DNA of 64,000 nt from Octopus vulgaris (lineage: Eukaryota), in the NCBI GenBank assembly GCA_951406725.2, contig OX597840.1, positions 20,274,001 to 20,338,000 of the forward strand. The letters run 5' to 3'. This document shows positions 27,525 through 57,742 of the stretch, piece by piece. Every line of letters begins with the position of its first letter. The stretch's first letter is position 1. The notes under the pieces are model-generated. The model made no database searches, was not told where the DNA came from, and saw only the letters and a program-made list of their open reading frames with translations. Both the position numbers and the translations under genes were made by a program.

Positions 27525-27623
27525 GCCATGTTTCACTCACTTCCGGCCTCTTCCAGCCATTACCCACAATCCTCTCCTCCGCTACTTCCTTTCCCCATCC
27601 GACTCCATTTGGCGCTAGACAAG
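27525..27623 (+). promoter_or_regulatory. RPSA: RPSA core promoter with TCT initiator/5'TOP and non-coding exon 1 (~27589-27623)
   Basis: TCCTTTCC (YYCTTTYY) at 27587-27594 inside a pyrimidine tract; ETS/GABP-type CACTTCCGG at 27538-27546; YY1-like GCCATGTT at 27525; donor AAG|GTAATC at 27623/27624. The matching acceptor TTTTTCAG at 30462 precedes the ATG exon. Confidence 0.75.
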
Positions 27624-28338
27624 GTAATCTTCCTCTCTTCACCTTTTTTCAATTTACTCATCTCCAAACTCAATTATTTCTCTCAATTTTATATTAATAT
27701 CGACCCTTTATGTCTTAATTCTCAATATTCGTACCAATAATGATTGATTTTTGGGTGTAAATACATTTATTTGTGTAAATATATCGACTTCGATGTGAAT
27801 GGTGTCGGCACCACGTGTCGTATTTGTGGGACGTGGGTCAAGGGTTTGGGTCGGATTTTCAGCAAATTTTCTGTTTTTTATATATTAAATACCGACACAA
27901 TGATAATCTACAGCATCTGAAAGGAATATGTTGGAAATTTTATGACAGAAAACCCAACCAACACAAGAGAACTTACCAAAAACTCTCGTCTCCCCCTTTT
28001 AACATTATAAATTCCGGTTTAATCAGAATCTATACAGTCTGTAGCGTATTTGTAGAATATTTCATTTAAAAATATCCATTTTTCAAGAAGTTATGCGGAA
28101 ACATTCGCGAAGTTGAGTAGCGATCGCCGGTTAAGCCCTAATTACAGAAGTGACCCCCACCTCTGAATAGCTATCAAAGGAAGATTCTTTAATGAAATCT
28201 ACGAATACCCTTTAGGACAGTTGTTCTCAATGGGTCCCATATGGTCTCCGAAGGTCCATCTAAGATTTTTGGGGGCTGAGAAGCCGGCTGCGGTAGAGGT
28301 TTCTCTATTTTAGTTAATCGAATCCAACACCACAAGTT

Positions 28339-28521
28339 GGTACTATTTAAGACGAGTGGACCCGGTGCGCGCACTCGCATACTCGCGCTAGCTAGTCGTG
28401 ACTAGTCGATCCTTACTTTGTGTTTTTTGTGTTTTATCTACTTTGCTATGTAGTGGGATCGACTAGTCACGTCTAGCTAGCGCGGATGCGCGCACCGGGA
28501 CCACTTTTCTTAAGTAGTACC
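28339..28521. mobile_element. Palindromic MITE, Merlin-like (GG termini, 8-bp TSD)
   Basis: Arms of about 65 bp, GGTACTATTTAAGA...GATCC / GGATC...TCTTAAGTAGTACC; flanks CACAAGTT (28331-28338) and CATAAGTT (28522-28529). Confidence 0.65.
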
Positions 28522-30498
28522 CATAAGTTAATGTGTGGAAAAAAAAATCTGATCGTTATTTTAATTTCATAATTAAATAATTACAACTGATCTCTGCTTC
28601 TCTATTAATAATTAATCTGCAAGAAAAGTGTGTAAAATCTTTGATAGAAATATTGTTAATTAGGGTTGAAGATGAAAATTAAACCCTAATTATAAATGGT
28701 GTTTAGCTTCAATGCCAAAATTTATTTTCCATAAGTTTCAGAATTTAATTTTTCGCATTAAATGTGATGGTAAAACTTAAACTGAGTTTTGGAATATCTA
28801 TCAAGTTATTTATTATTCATGGAGGTGCAAAAAAACTGAATTTATTATATTATTGTCGCATTCCCTATTTTTGTGGCCATTTCAGGTAAATTTTGCAGAG
28901 ATGTTGAAAGAATTGAGAATTGTTGGAGGAATTTTGCCCTGCGCAGAGACATATAATTCCTCATAATTTTTTTTAGTTTTGGGAATTCTCAGAAAATTTG
29001 TTCGATTTTGTATTCTCCACACGGAAATTGATACGACTGTGAAATTATTTTTAACTTTTCGAATTTGTTTTCTTTTTAAATCACGGTTTTAATTACGGAC
29101 GGTTCGAGTTTTTGGCAGCATGCGTTGGGGGGAACGGTATGAGGTGATCGTGAGATGTGTTAAAAATAACAGCCAAAGGGGCCATAAATCAAGAACAAAA
29201 AGCTTTTTTGTTTTGAGTAATCGTATGAATTCCTATGTGTAGAAAGGCAAACTCCGAAACTTTTTCTCAAGATTCCAAAAAGGTTGGGGAGTTATAGGGG
29301 TGCTTTAAGCAGAATTTCCCTCAGTAATTATTGCATGATTTTAGTTTTGAAATTTCTTGTGCGTCTGGCAAGAATTCGTTGTGTTATTGCTGGTCTAGGG
29401 TTAAGCAATCTATACTCTTAACGAGATTCAGGGTGGTACAGAATGTGACACGACTGGTGCCTTTGAAATACAGGTACAACTCATAATTTTGCCTGCTGAG
29501 TGGACTGGAGCAACGTGAAATAAAGTGTTGGTCAAAGACAACACACCACCAGGTATTGAATCCAGGACCATATGATCAGAGTATCATCATCGTTTAACGT
29601 CCGTTTTCCATGCTAGCATGGGTTGGACGGTTCGACCGGGGATCTGGGAAGCCAGGAGGCTGCACCTGGTTCCAGTCTGATCTGGCAATGTTTCTACAGC
29701 TGGAAGCCCTTCCTAATGCCAACCACTCTGAGAGTGTAGTGGGTGCTTTTTATGTGCCACCGGCATAGGTGCCACACGAGTCTGGCATCGGCCACATTCG
29801 GATGGTGCTTTTTATGTGCCACCGGCACAGAAGCCAGTCATGACGGTACTGGCATCGGCCACGTTCGGATGGTGTGAGAGTTATCTTCTGTGTCCTGATA
29901 TGGCGGCCACTGTTTAGAGCTTAATGTATATTTTCATAGTCCAATCTGGTTTCTATGTGGTTGTGAGTTGACTTCCCAAACTGATTGCAATTAGCAGTTA
30001 TGAAGCTCCAAATCAAATGCTGTGAGAGTAAGGGTAGCCACGTGTCACCATGCTATGGTTGTCAGGAGCCCCGTTGGTAAAGGTTACACGTGTAGATCCT
30101 CGACCACTATGGGTCCACAGGAAATACTTTATCGTATCATGTTTACAGGTGTTTACTATGCTCTTATCTGTATGCATATATATTTATGCACGTACATGTG
30201 TATATGAGTGTAGCCGGAACACATGGATGTGGAGGTGTGAGGTGAAGTACTGAAGAGGGACCTCAAAGCACTGAACCTTTCAGGTGTGATGGTAAATGGT
30301 CGAGATGCCTGGTGCCTTGATGCTCTCAGGAAAAGACCCCTTGCTCCTCAGCATAAGTTTTAAGACCGGTCCCTCTGGTGGTATAAAGCACCCTTTGGGA
30401 GTCCCAGCACTTGTAGATCCTTTCTCATTTCCATCCTCACCATTTTATTGTCTCTTTTTCAGTGTTGCTTACCGTAACTCCCCAAGTGACCGATCAAG

Positions 30499-33400
30499 AT
30501 GTCCGGAGGTTTGGATGTCCTTTCCATGAAGGAGGATGACGTGATGAAGTTTTTGGCTTGCTCAACTCATCTTGGAGCGAACAATGTTGACTTCCAAATG
30601 GAACAATATATCTACAAAAGGAAATCAGAAGGTACGTTCTATGCCCCTCTCCTTTTTTTCTTCCTGTTTGTATCCCCAGACCCTTTTTAAGTTAAGTTAA
30701 TTTTTTGGCTCAAGAAGCAAAAAGCAAGGCCATGTAGGGGGACAGGGAGTTATGTACAGGGTGGTGTTGATACAAAGAGTTCAGGCCATTTCTGGTCAAG
30801 GGAGACTTTGGACTGAGCGCTGTTTATCTTGTTTGTGTTTCCAAAAACAAACCATAGACATTCATGGCCATGTAGTTAAGAAGCTTGCTTCCCAACCATG
30901 AGATCTTGGGTTCAGTCCCATTGCTTGGCACCTTCGGCAAGTGTGCCCTGCTATACCTTTGAGTTGTCCCTAAACCTTGTGTGTGAATTTGGTAGATTTT
31001 AAGAAGCCTGACATTTTACAGAACCGAATGGCAGCTCTTTAGAGAAGTCCCTTCTTCATGCAAGTGTTTAAGCCCTTAATTTTATTCTGCCCATTTTACG
31101 TAGTGACCAGGTCTGGCCTTTCACACCTATCCTACAATGCCATTCTAAAAATTTAAGTTACCTCACCAGATTTTCAAAGCTACAAGATAATGTATGATTA
31201 CTCCAAGACAGCATGAAAATATTTCTTTCGATGCAGGAGTGGCTGTGTGGTAAGTAGCTTGTTTACCAACCACATGGTTCCGGGTTCAGTTCCACTGCGT
31301 GGCACCTTGGGCAAGTATCTTCTACTATACCCTCGGGCCGACCAAAGCCTTGTGAGTGGATTTGGTAGACGGAAACTGAAAGAAGCCCGTCGTATATATG
31401 TATGTGTTTGTCCCACTAGCATTGCTTGACAACCAACGCTGGTGTGTTTAAGTCCCCGTCACTTAGCGGTTCAGCAAAAGAGACCGGTAGAATAAGTACT
31501 GGGCTTACAAAGAATAAATCCCGGTGTTGAGTTGCTCGACTAAAGGCGGTGCTCCAGCATGGCCGCAGTCAAATGACTGAAGAGTATGTCCATATGAGAT
31601 AAAACGGTTTTTTATCCCCTGTCCCCCTTCTTCCATGCTGCTATGTCTTTTGCTTAGCCCCTTATAAATTAGGTGTAATTGTTTCTAAAATCCCTCTTCC
31701 AACTAACAGCATCTTTGATGGTCAATTTCAATGCATTGTGTATCTCCGGCTTCAGTTCTCCTTTAGCAGTTGCTGGTCGAAATCAATGCTACAGTAAAAT
31801 ATTAGCTGACACCAGTTTCATTGATTGCTTGATTTTGATGACGATCAGGTGATCTGTGTTGCTATGACATTTAACCAGTGATATCACTCGACAATTCCCT
31901 TCGGATATCTTTGTGACCCCTGTGTGTGTGTGTGTGTGCCTCTTGTTTTTATGTATGCGTTTTCGATTCTGTTTCCTGCTTGGGAATTTGCAGATTTCAG
32001 ATACATATATATATATACAGGAGTGGCTGTGTGGTAAGTAGCTTGCTAACCAACCACATGGGTCCGGGTTCAGTTCCACTGCATGGCACCTTGGGCAAGT
32101 GTCTTCTGCTATAGCCCCGGGCCGACCAATGCCTTGTGAGTGGATTTGGTAGACGGAAACTGAAAGAAGCCTGTCGTACATATATATATGTTTGTGTATC
32201 TGTGTTTGTCCCCTTAGCATCGCTTGACAACCGATGCTGGTGTGTTGTCCCCGTCACTTCGTGGTTCGGCAAAAGAGATCGATAGAATAAGTACTGGGCT
32301 TACAAAGAATAAGTCCCAGGGTTGATTTGCTCGACTAAAGGCGGTGCTGCAGCATGGCCGCAGTCAAATGACTGAAACAAGTAAAAGAGTAAAGAGTAAA
32401 GGAGTATACATGAAGCATGCAAGAACCAATATGGAAGGCTTTTTGCTGGCATAATTTCATGTCCGTCTGTATTTCACAACACATAAATGTCTAAAAACAG
32501 AACAGGGACACACAGACAGAGGTCACGGGAGCTGTCACGAAGATATCCGAAGAGAATTGTTGAGTTGTCCTGGAAACAGCCGAGTGTTTGTTTGGGTTTT
32601 GTTGAGTTATATCGAACTCTGGGTATAGGGCTGAAGTGGCCCCTTTTGTCACCAGGTTTCTGTTTAGATCCCCCTGTGTTTGTTTCAGTTATTTTAAATG
32701 CACCTTCTCCTTGACCTAAGATCTATGTGACTTATGACCCCAAAAAATAAGTAAATAATACATTTTCGGACGTTGGACAGCTGTGCATATGACAAGAATG
32801 GCAGCATCTGGCCTCCATCAGACCCAGGCATCCCGCTGCCTGCCATTGTCTCTCACTCAGTCACTTTTAAGCATCAGTTGCGTTTGATTGGAGATATAGG
32901 TCTGACATACAACCTGTCAGTTGGAACGGAACTTGGTCGTAAGTGAAGGAGAAGGTGTTTAACGAAGAATTTAGGAACATAACTTATCATTCAGCTACTG
33001 TTAGGATCATAAATTGTGACTAAGGTTTGGTGGTATATTTTAGTGAAAACAAGGGTTAGTATCAAAGGGGTTAAGGCTGATGTGGTTGGAGTAGAGAGCA
33101 CCGGGTATTGAATTCCTCTTTATTGTATTTGTGCTGATGTCTTGTAATAATGTTTTCTTAGGTACATACATCATCAACCTACGCAAGACCTGGGAGAAAC
33201 TCCTGTTGGCCGCCCGTGCCATCGCTGCCATCGAGAACCCGGCTGATGTCTGTGTCATCTCTGCACGTCCCTATGGACAAAGGGCCGTTCTGAAGTTTGC
33301 TTCGGCAACCGGTGCTACACCTATTGCTGGTCGCTTCACACCTGGTGCTTTCACCAATCAGATTCAGGTGAGTCGCTGTCCTGTTCCACTTCTGGGTTCA

Positions 33401-34241
33401 CCTTGTTAGACTGGAATGTGTGTGTGTGTCTGTCCGTGTCTCAACACCATCATCATTGAATGTCCTTTTCCCGTGCTGGCATGGATTGGACTGTTTGACT
33501 GGAGGGCCACGCCAGGTTCCACAGTCCTTTTTGGCCTGGTTTCTACAGTTGGATGCCCTTCCTAATGCCAACTACCTCACAGAGTGGGCTGGGTGCTTTT
33601 TACTGGGCACCACTGCTCTGCTATTATGTATTTAGTCTGGGCCTGATGCCATTTTGTAGCCTTGTGAGTGGATTTGGTAAATGGAAAGCGGTCCTTTGTT
33701 TGTGTGTTGCGATGAATGATCATGAAACTCAACGGCACTTTGTGAACATTTTTTCCAGTTTCAATAAATAGTATATTACTCTACCTTTGGTATTGAGTAC
33801 TGTTATCTCTGCTATGTTTTGCATCTATGTGCTTACTTGTGTGTGGAATATTTATATATATACATATATAAACACACAGAATAATACCTCACTTTACGAG
33901 AATCTGGGTTTATGAGTTCAATTTTTCAAGCACAATTCAAATTAAGAACGAAGTGCAGGAGTTTCTACAGCCATAACAAGTGCTTCTGTGTGTAACCCCA
34001 ATAGTTTATAAATATAGTTTTTATTATAAATGATCTTGGCATTCCTTTTACTTTACATAAAATATTCTTTACATTCTTCTGTCTGTTTTATTGCCATTTA
34101 TTTATGAGTATTATAAATTTTATTGGTAAAATATTTTTCTGGGAATCATTTACAAATTATAACATTGGCACTAAGGGAAGTTATTGCTCTGCTTTACGAG
34201 GGGTCTCCAGGAACAAATTTACTCGTATATCAAAGCATTGC

Positions 34242-34306
<65 letters not shown>

Positions 34307-37238
34307 GGGCGGGGTGTATATGCATGTTTTCAGCCTAGTGTGAAAACAACACTTTTTCAGGGTCCCTTAAAATACTATTGTGGATCCCCCAGATGAGCCC
34401 TGTTTGAGAGAACCCCTGCCTTAACCCTTTAGTATTTAAACCGGCCATATCCGGCTAAAATAGTTAATCTGTCTTAGGTTCAAACTGGCCAGATCCAGGC
34501 TCTCACACCTACCCTACAATGTTATTCTACATTAAATAATTACACCATCAAGATCTTGAAGATATGAGATAATGCATGGTTAATTCAGATCAATGGGAAT
34601 CAATAAGCATTATGTTTGTTAGGATAATCTGAACACTTAAGGGTTAAACCTTTGCAAAGAATGATTCTACTGAAGTAATCATTGTTTCAATTAATTTTAA
34701 AAGTAATGAGATTATTAAACGAGCATTGTTTTGCAGATCCGATAATTGTTGTTCTCTTGTTCTCTTCCACAGAAAGCTTTCCGTGAGCCCCGTCTTTTGG
34801 TTGTCACGGACCCCAGGACTGACCACCAACCTGTCAATGAAGCATCTTATGTAAACATCCCAGTCATTGCCCTCTGCAACACAGACTCCCCACTCAAGTA
34901 CATCGACATTGCCATCCCATGCAACAACAAGGTAACCCCTTTTTTTCCCTTTCTCTTCAGTTGATTCTTTGATCTCTTATTTGTCAATTTTTTTTTACTG
35001 TGGCCATGCAGGGGTACCACCTCGAAGGGTCTTGCCCAAGCAAAGTGAACACAGGGATTCATCATCATCATCGTTTAACGTCCATTTTCCATGCTAGCAT
35101 GGGTTGGATGGTTCAACTGGTGTCTGGGAAGCCAGAAGGCTTCATCAGGCCCAGTCAGATTTGGCAGTGTTACTACGGCTGGATGCCCTTCCTGACGCCA
35201 ACCGCTCCATGAGTGTAGTGGGTGCTTTTTACATGCTGCCGGCACAGGAGCCAGACAGAGCTGGCAAACGGCCACGGTCGGATGGTGCTTTTTACGTGCC
35301 ACTGGCACCGAGGGATTATTTTTTTTAAAAGCCTGGTACTGGTCTCTTGCTGAACTGCTACGTTACGGGGATGTAAACACACCATCACCGGTTGAGTGGC
35401 GGTGGGGGGACAAAGACCGACACACACACGAGCTTCTTTTAATTTCCATCTACCAAATCCACTCAAAGGGTTTGCTTGGCCTGAGGCCACATGAGATACT
35501 TGCACTAGGTGCCACTCAGTGGGATTGAACCCAGAACCATGTGGTTGAAAAGGAATCTTCTTACCGCACGGCCACTCCTGTGCCTACATTTACATGCAAC
35601 AAGCTTCTTTCAGTTTCCGTCTACCAAATCTACTCACAACACTTTGGTCGGTCTGAGAGTATAGTAGGACACTTGGCCAAGGTACCACTCAGTGGGACTG
35701 AACCCAGTACCATGTGGTTGGGAAGAAGCAAGCTTCTTACTGCACAGCCACCGAGTCTTTGAAGATATATTTGAGTCGGAAGGAGGTGTTTGTCCATTTG
35801 TGTTTGCTTCGGCATCTCACTCTGTTCATTGTCGATATAATTTTAATCTTTAAAAACTTTTTTCTTATTTTCTTGCAGTCAATCCATTCCATTGGTCTAA
35901 TGTGGTGGTTGTTGGCTCGTGAAGTTCTCCGCCTGAGGGGTAACATCAGCCGTGAACATCCTTGGGACGTCATGGTTGATTTGTATTTCTACAGAGACCC
36001 AGAGGAAGTAAGTAAAAATTATGTTTTTGTGTATTTACATATGGGAAGGCTTTGTAGGTTGCATAGATGTTCTGTTAGAAATATTTCCATTTTTATTCTT
36101 ACCATGTTTATGGGGGAATCAGACGTAAAATATGCTAGTTATTGTAGTGTGAGTCACACGAAGAATTATTCTGTGACATACACTACAGGAACTAGTGTAT
36201 TTTGTGTTTGAACTTGCCTAAATAGATGTATTAAATATAAATATCCGGCCTAAGTATTTTGCCTGTTTTATGTTCAAACTAGCCAGATCTTGCCTCCCAC
36301 ACTTAGCCTGCAATGTCATTGTAAAAATAACCAATCACATCATTGAAATATCAAAGATACAGGTTAATTCATTATTGATTTTAAACAATGTGAAGTAAGC
36401 ATTACACTTGATAGATTAATCTGAATGCTAATGGTTTAACTGCAGATCAGATCAGTCCGGGCGGGCAGATTTTCTTTCAATTACTTTAACTATGAAAAAG
36501 AATTTAGTAAATTAACTTAGTGTCAGGAACATAAATTGTGACTAAAGTTTGGTGGGAGACATTAACCCCTTTGTTACCATATTTCTGTTGAGATGCTCTG
36601 TGTTTCTTTCAATTGATTTTAAATATAACAAAGAATTTACTAAAATAACTTTATCATTAAGCTAGTGTTTGGAACATAAATTGTGTCTAAGGTTTGGTGG
36701 AAGATTTTAATTCAGAACTTAGGAAAACAAGACATTTATGCTGCTCTTAAAATGTAATGCTTATTTAGGGTTGGATATGGCTGGTTTAACTGCTAAGGGG
36801 TTAGGGTGTTGTGGCAAATGAAGTCTGTGCATCTCTGAAGTTTAACTAATTGATAATTGTTTGTTTTGACAGGCTGAGAAGGAAGAACAGGCTGCTTTGG
36901 AGAAGGCCGCCGCCAAAGAGGAAAGCACCGAGGCTTGGCCGGCTGGTGGTGATCTTGGAAGTGTTGCACCACCCGATGTTACTGACTGGGCTCGTGAGAC
37001 CGTACCCAGTGCCTCTGCCGTACCAATCCAAGCTTATGGAGCCACTGCGACTGAAGATTGGGATGCAGCTGATACCAGCTGGTCGGTCCCTGCTGCCACC
37101 GCTGCTCCTGCTGTCCCCGCTGCGGCTGCTGCTGCTGCCGCCGCCGCCACAGCACCAGCGGCCACCACCACTCCAGCGGCTACACAACCTGCCACCGTGA
37201 GCCAACAATGGGGTGGGTCTGCTGATAACTGGAGTTAA
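30499..37238 (+). CDS. RPSA: 40S ribosomal protein SA (uS2 / laminin receptor p40), 5 coding exons, 330 aa
   Basis: Exons 30499-30631, 33162-33367, 34773-34931, 35879-36007, 36873-37238 (993 nt). Peptides [82 protein letters not shown] and a C-terminal TEDW-type tail. Confidence 0.97.
36120..36210 (+). ncRNA. Candidate intronic pri-miRNA-like hairpin in the last RPSA intron
   Basis: 39-position stem with 2 mismatches and 7 G:U pairs on the + strand, short loop, sequence not repeated elsewhere in the window. Confidence 0.45.
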
Positions 37239-37270
37239 GTGTCTGCTGAAACGGACCCCTAATGTACCAC

Positions 37271-37276
37271 AATAAA
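37271..37276 (+). terminator. RPSA polyadenylation signal AATAAA
   Basis: AATAAA 33 nt after the stop codon, followed by a T/GT-rich stretch. Confidence 0.8.
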
Positions 37277-37856
37277 AAACAAAGTATTCAAACAAACCTT
37301 TTTGTTATTTAATTATTGTTTAACCCTCTGCCTTTTTTTTTTTTTTTTTTGCTTATGTGTGGATCCCTTTCATCATCACCGTTTAGGGTCTGCTTTCCAT
37401 GCTAGCATGGGTTGGATGGTTCGACTGGGTTCTGGGAGGCCAGAAGGCTCCAGTCTTGATCTGGCAGAGTTTCAACAGCTGGATGCCCTTCCTAACGCCA
37501 ACCACTCTAAGAGTGTAGTGGGTGCTTTTTTATGTGCCAGGCGAGACTGGCAACGGCCACGAACCAATGGTGCTTTTTCCCTTTGATTCTTAATTTCTCA
37601 ACTGGATCTTAATACGCATTCAACCGTAGTGGTATTTTTGGGGTCAATAAATTAAGTACCAGTTACGCACTGGGGTTGATCTAAGCGACTAATGAAATAT
37701 TTTCCTCAGACAGAGCGTGTTACTTGGTCCAGGGGTCGAAACAATAATCTTAGAATCAGTTATATCATGTAAGCAGTACCTAGAAATGCTGCCTGGGTAT
37801 AAAACAAGAAAAATATTGATTATAATAATCTTTTTTTTTTTTTTTTAAACAAATTT

Positions 37857-37862
37857 TTTATT
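37857..37862 (-). terminator. Probable CPSF4 polyadenylation signal
   Basis: Minus-strand AATAAA about 1.05 kb after the CPSF4 stop, followed 10 nt later by a genomic A16 run. Confidence 0.5.
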
Positions 37863-38908
37863 GAAACATGGAAAGGAACGATTAAGGGTGGGATATGAAG
37901 GTGAAGAGGGCATGGATGGAGGGGCTGGAGACTGATAGACATGAGATGGAACGGAGAGAAGGAGGCCGATGGAAAATGTTCAGTGGATGGGAGGGAGAGA
38001 ATGAAGGGATGAGGAGGTGGGGTTTGGAGGAGATAGAAAATACAGTTTTGAACTGTACAAAGAATGAAGACTGGGGATGTGGTATCCGTTCCCCAACAAA
38101 GCCTCTGTGTGTGTGAGTATATGTCTGCATGTATATATTATATATACATGTTTCTATATGTAGGAGTGTGTGTGTATAGATGTATGTATACATTGTATAT
38201 ACACGTTTCTATATGTAGGTGTGTGTGTATATATATATACACACGTATATACATATATCTATGTATGTACATGCGTGTGTATATATTTATATATACACGT
38301 AATCTGTATGTGTATGTGCATATACACTTGTGTGTACATGTATGTATATATATACACGTATGTACATATATCTATGTACATGCATGTAAATATACACACG
38401 TATCTATATGTAGGGGTGTATGTATGTGTATATATGTCTATACATGCATGTGTATACATATATACACACATGCATGAATATACATGTATGTATATGCATG
38501 TATACACATAAATGTAGGGGTGTGTGTGTAAGTGGTCAAAATTCATTATTGTAGATCAAAGACCAAAGGTCCAGAGTGCATTGAAATTACAAAAATACTT
38601 CCTATAGAATCAAACATCGCACTTCTCTTGTGTGACGATGACCAGTTCCAGCAAAATTCATTCATGAATAATGTTTTTTCTCATTCTTAGAAATATACAG
38701 GCATAACCAATTCCAAATGCTATACACGCGTGTACATACATATATAAATATATATATACACACACACATACAACATATATATACACACATGTGGGTGTGA
38801 AAGATATGTAATCACACACACATGGGCGTTCATACATGGAACAGAGGTATGTGATACCTGTCCATAAGACTTGTTATTAGCGATGGTGGTTCATGATTCA
38901 GCGTGATG

Positions 38909-57105
<18,197 letters not shown>

Positions 57106-57343
57106 CTGAGAGGAGAGAGAAGAAAGAAAGAAAATGATAAGTATTAAGAGATGAGGTATACAGCAGGGTGGAGTAATTTTTCATGATTTTTGAGTTCGTG
57201 ATGGAGGTGGTGTGGAAAAGTTGTGAAGAAACCTCAAAATCACTGGCGAAAATCTTAGAATTCTGCGACAATATCTTCTGTCTCCACAAATGCATTGTAA
57301 AATGGAAAAAGTATGGGGAAAAAAAAAAGCCTCTACTTATTTA

Positions 57344-57742
57344 TCTCTATATATACAAAGCTGAAGTTGTCTGTGTGTGTGGTAGGTTTGGTAGCCTTCA
57401 ACTAACACTATCTCCTCCAAGACCCTGCGGCGCAAGTTGACCAAAATTGAGAGTATGGTAGAAGAAGGCTTGCTCTTCATTCCGTAGAAGAAAAAATTCA
57501 AATCGAACCATGTTACACCAAAAATTATTTACATCAAAAAGGTGCTTTTTTTTTTTTCTAAGAAAATCCCTATTTTTTACGATTTTTTTGACTGCTGTGT
57601 TGCCATTTTTCGGTGTATTTCACCCAGAAAAATGTTCACTTTAAGAGAATAACAAGCTACATAATGCAAAATTTTTACTTTTCAAAAATTCTAATTCTAA
57701 AGGGTCGAAATAAACCAGAGCAACGCCGGGCGATGCTGCTGG
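57344..57742 (+). mobile_element. Non-autonomous Helitron
   Basis: A|TCTCTATATATACAAAG start; subterminal CCAGAGCAACGCCGGG hairpin remnant, then CTGG|T end; no TSD. Confidence 0.6.

Noticed and set aside
28658-28691. TTAGGG/CCCTAA words suggesting a telomerase template or telomeric seed
   Set aside because: Single copies forming a small inverted repeat; no pseudoknot or array.
29900-30010. Possible SNORA62/SNORA6-like H/ACA snoRNA (hosted by vertebrate RPSA)
   Set aside because: Only a short CACTGTTTAGAGCTT resemblance; no matching 3' pocket, H box or ACA could be placed. Needs an Infernal search.
32790-32945. Small hairpins and a GTAAGT donor suggesting a poison exon or snoRNA in RPSA intron 2
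   Set aside because: No convincing acceptor tract or H/ACA boxes; not supportable without RNA data.
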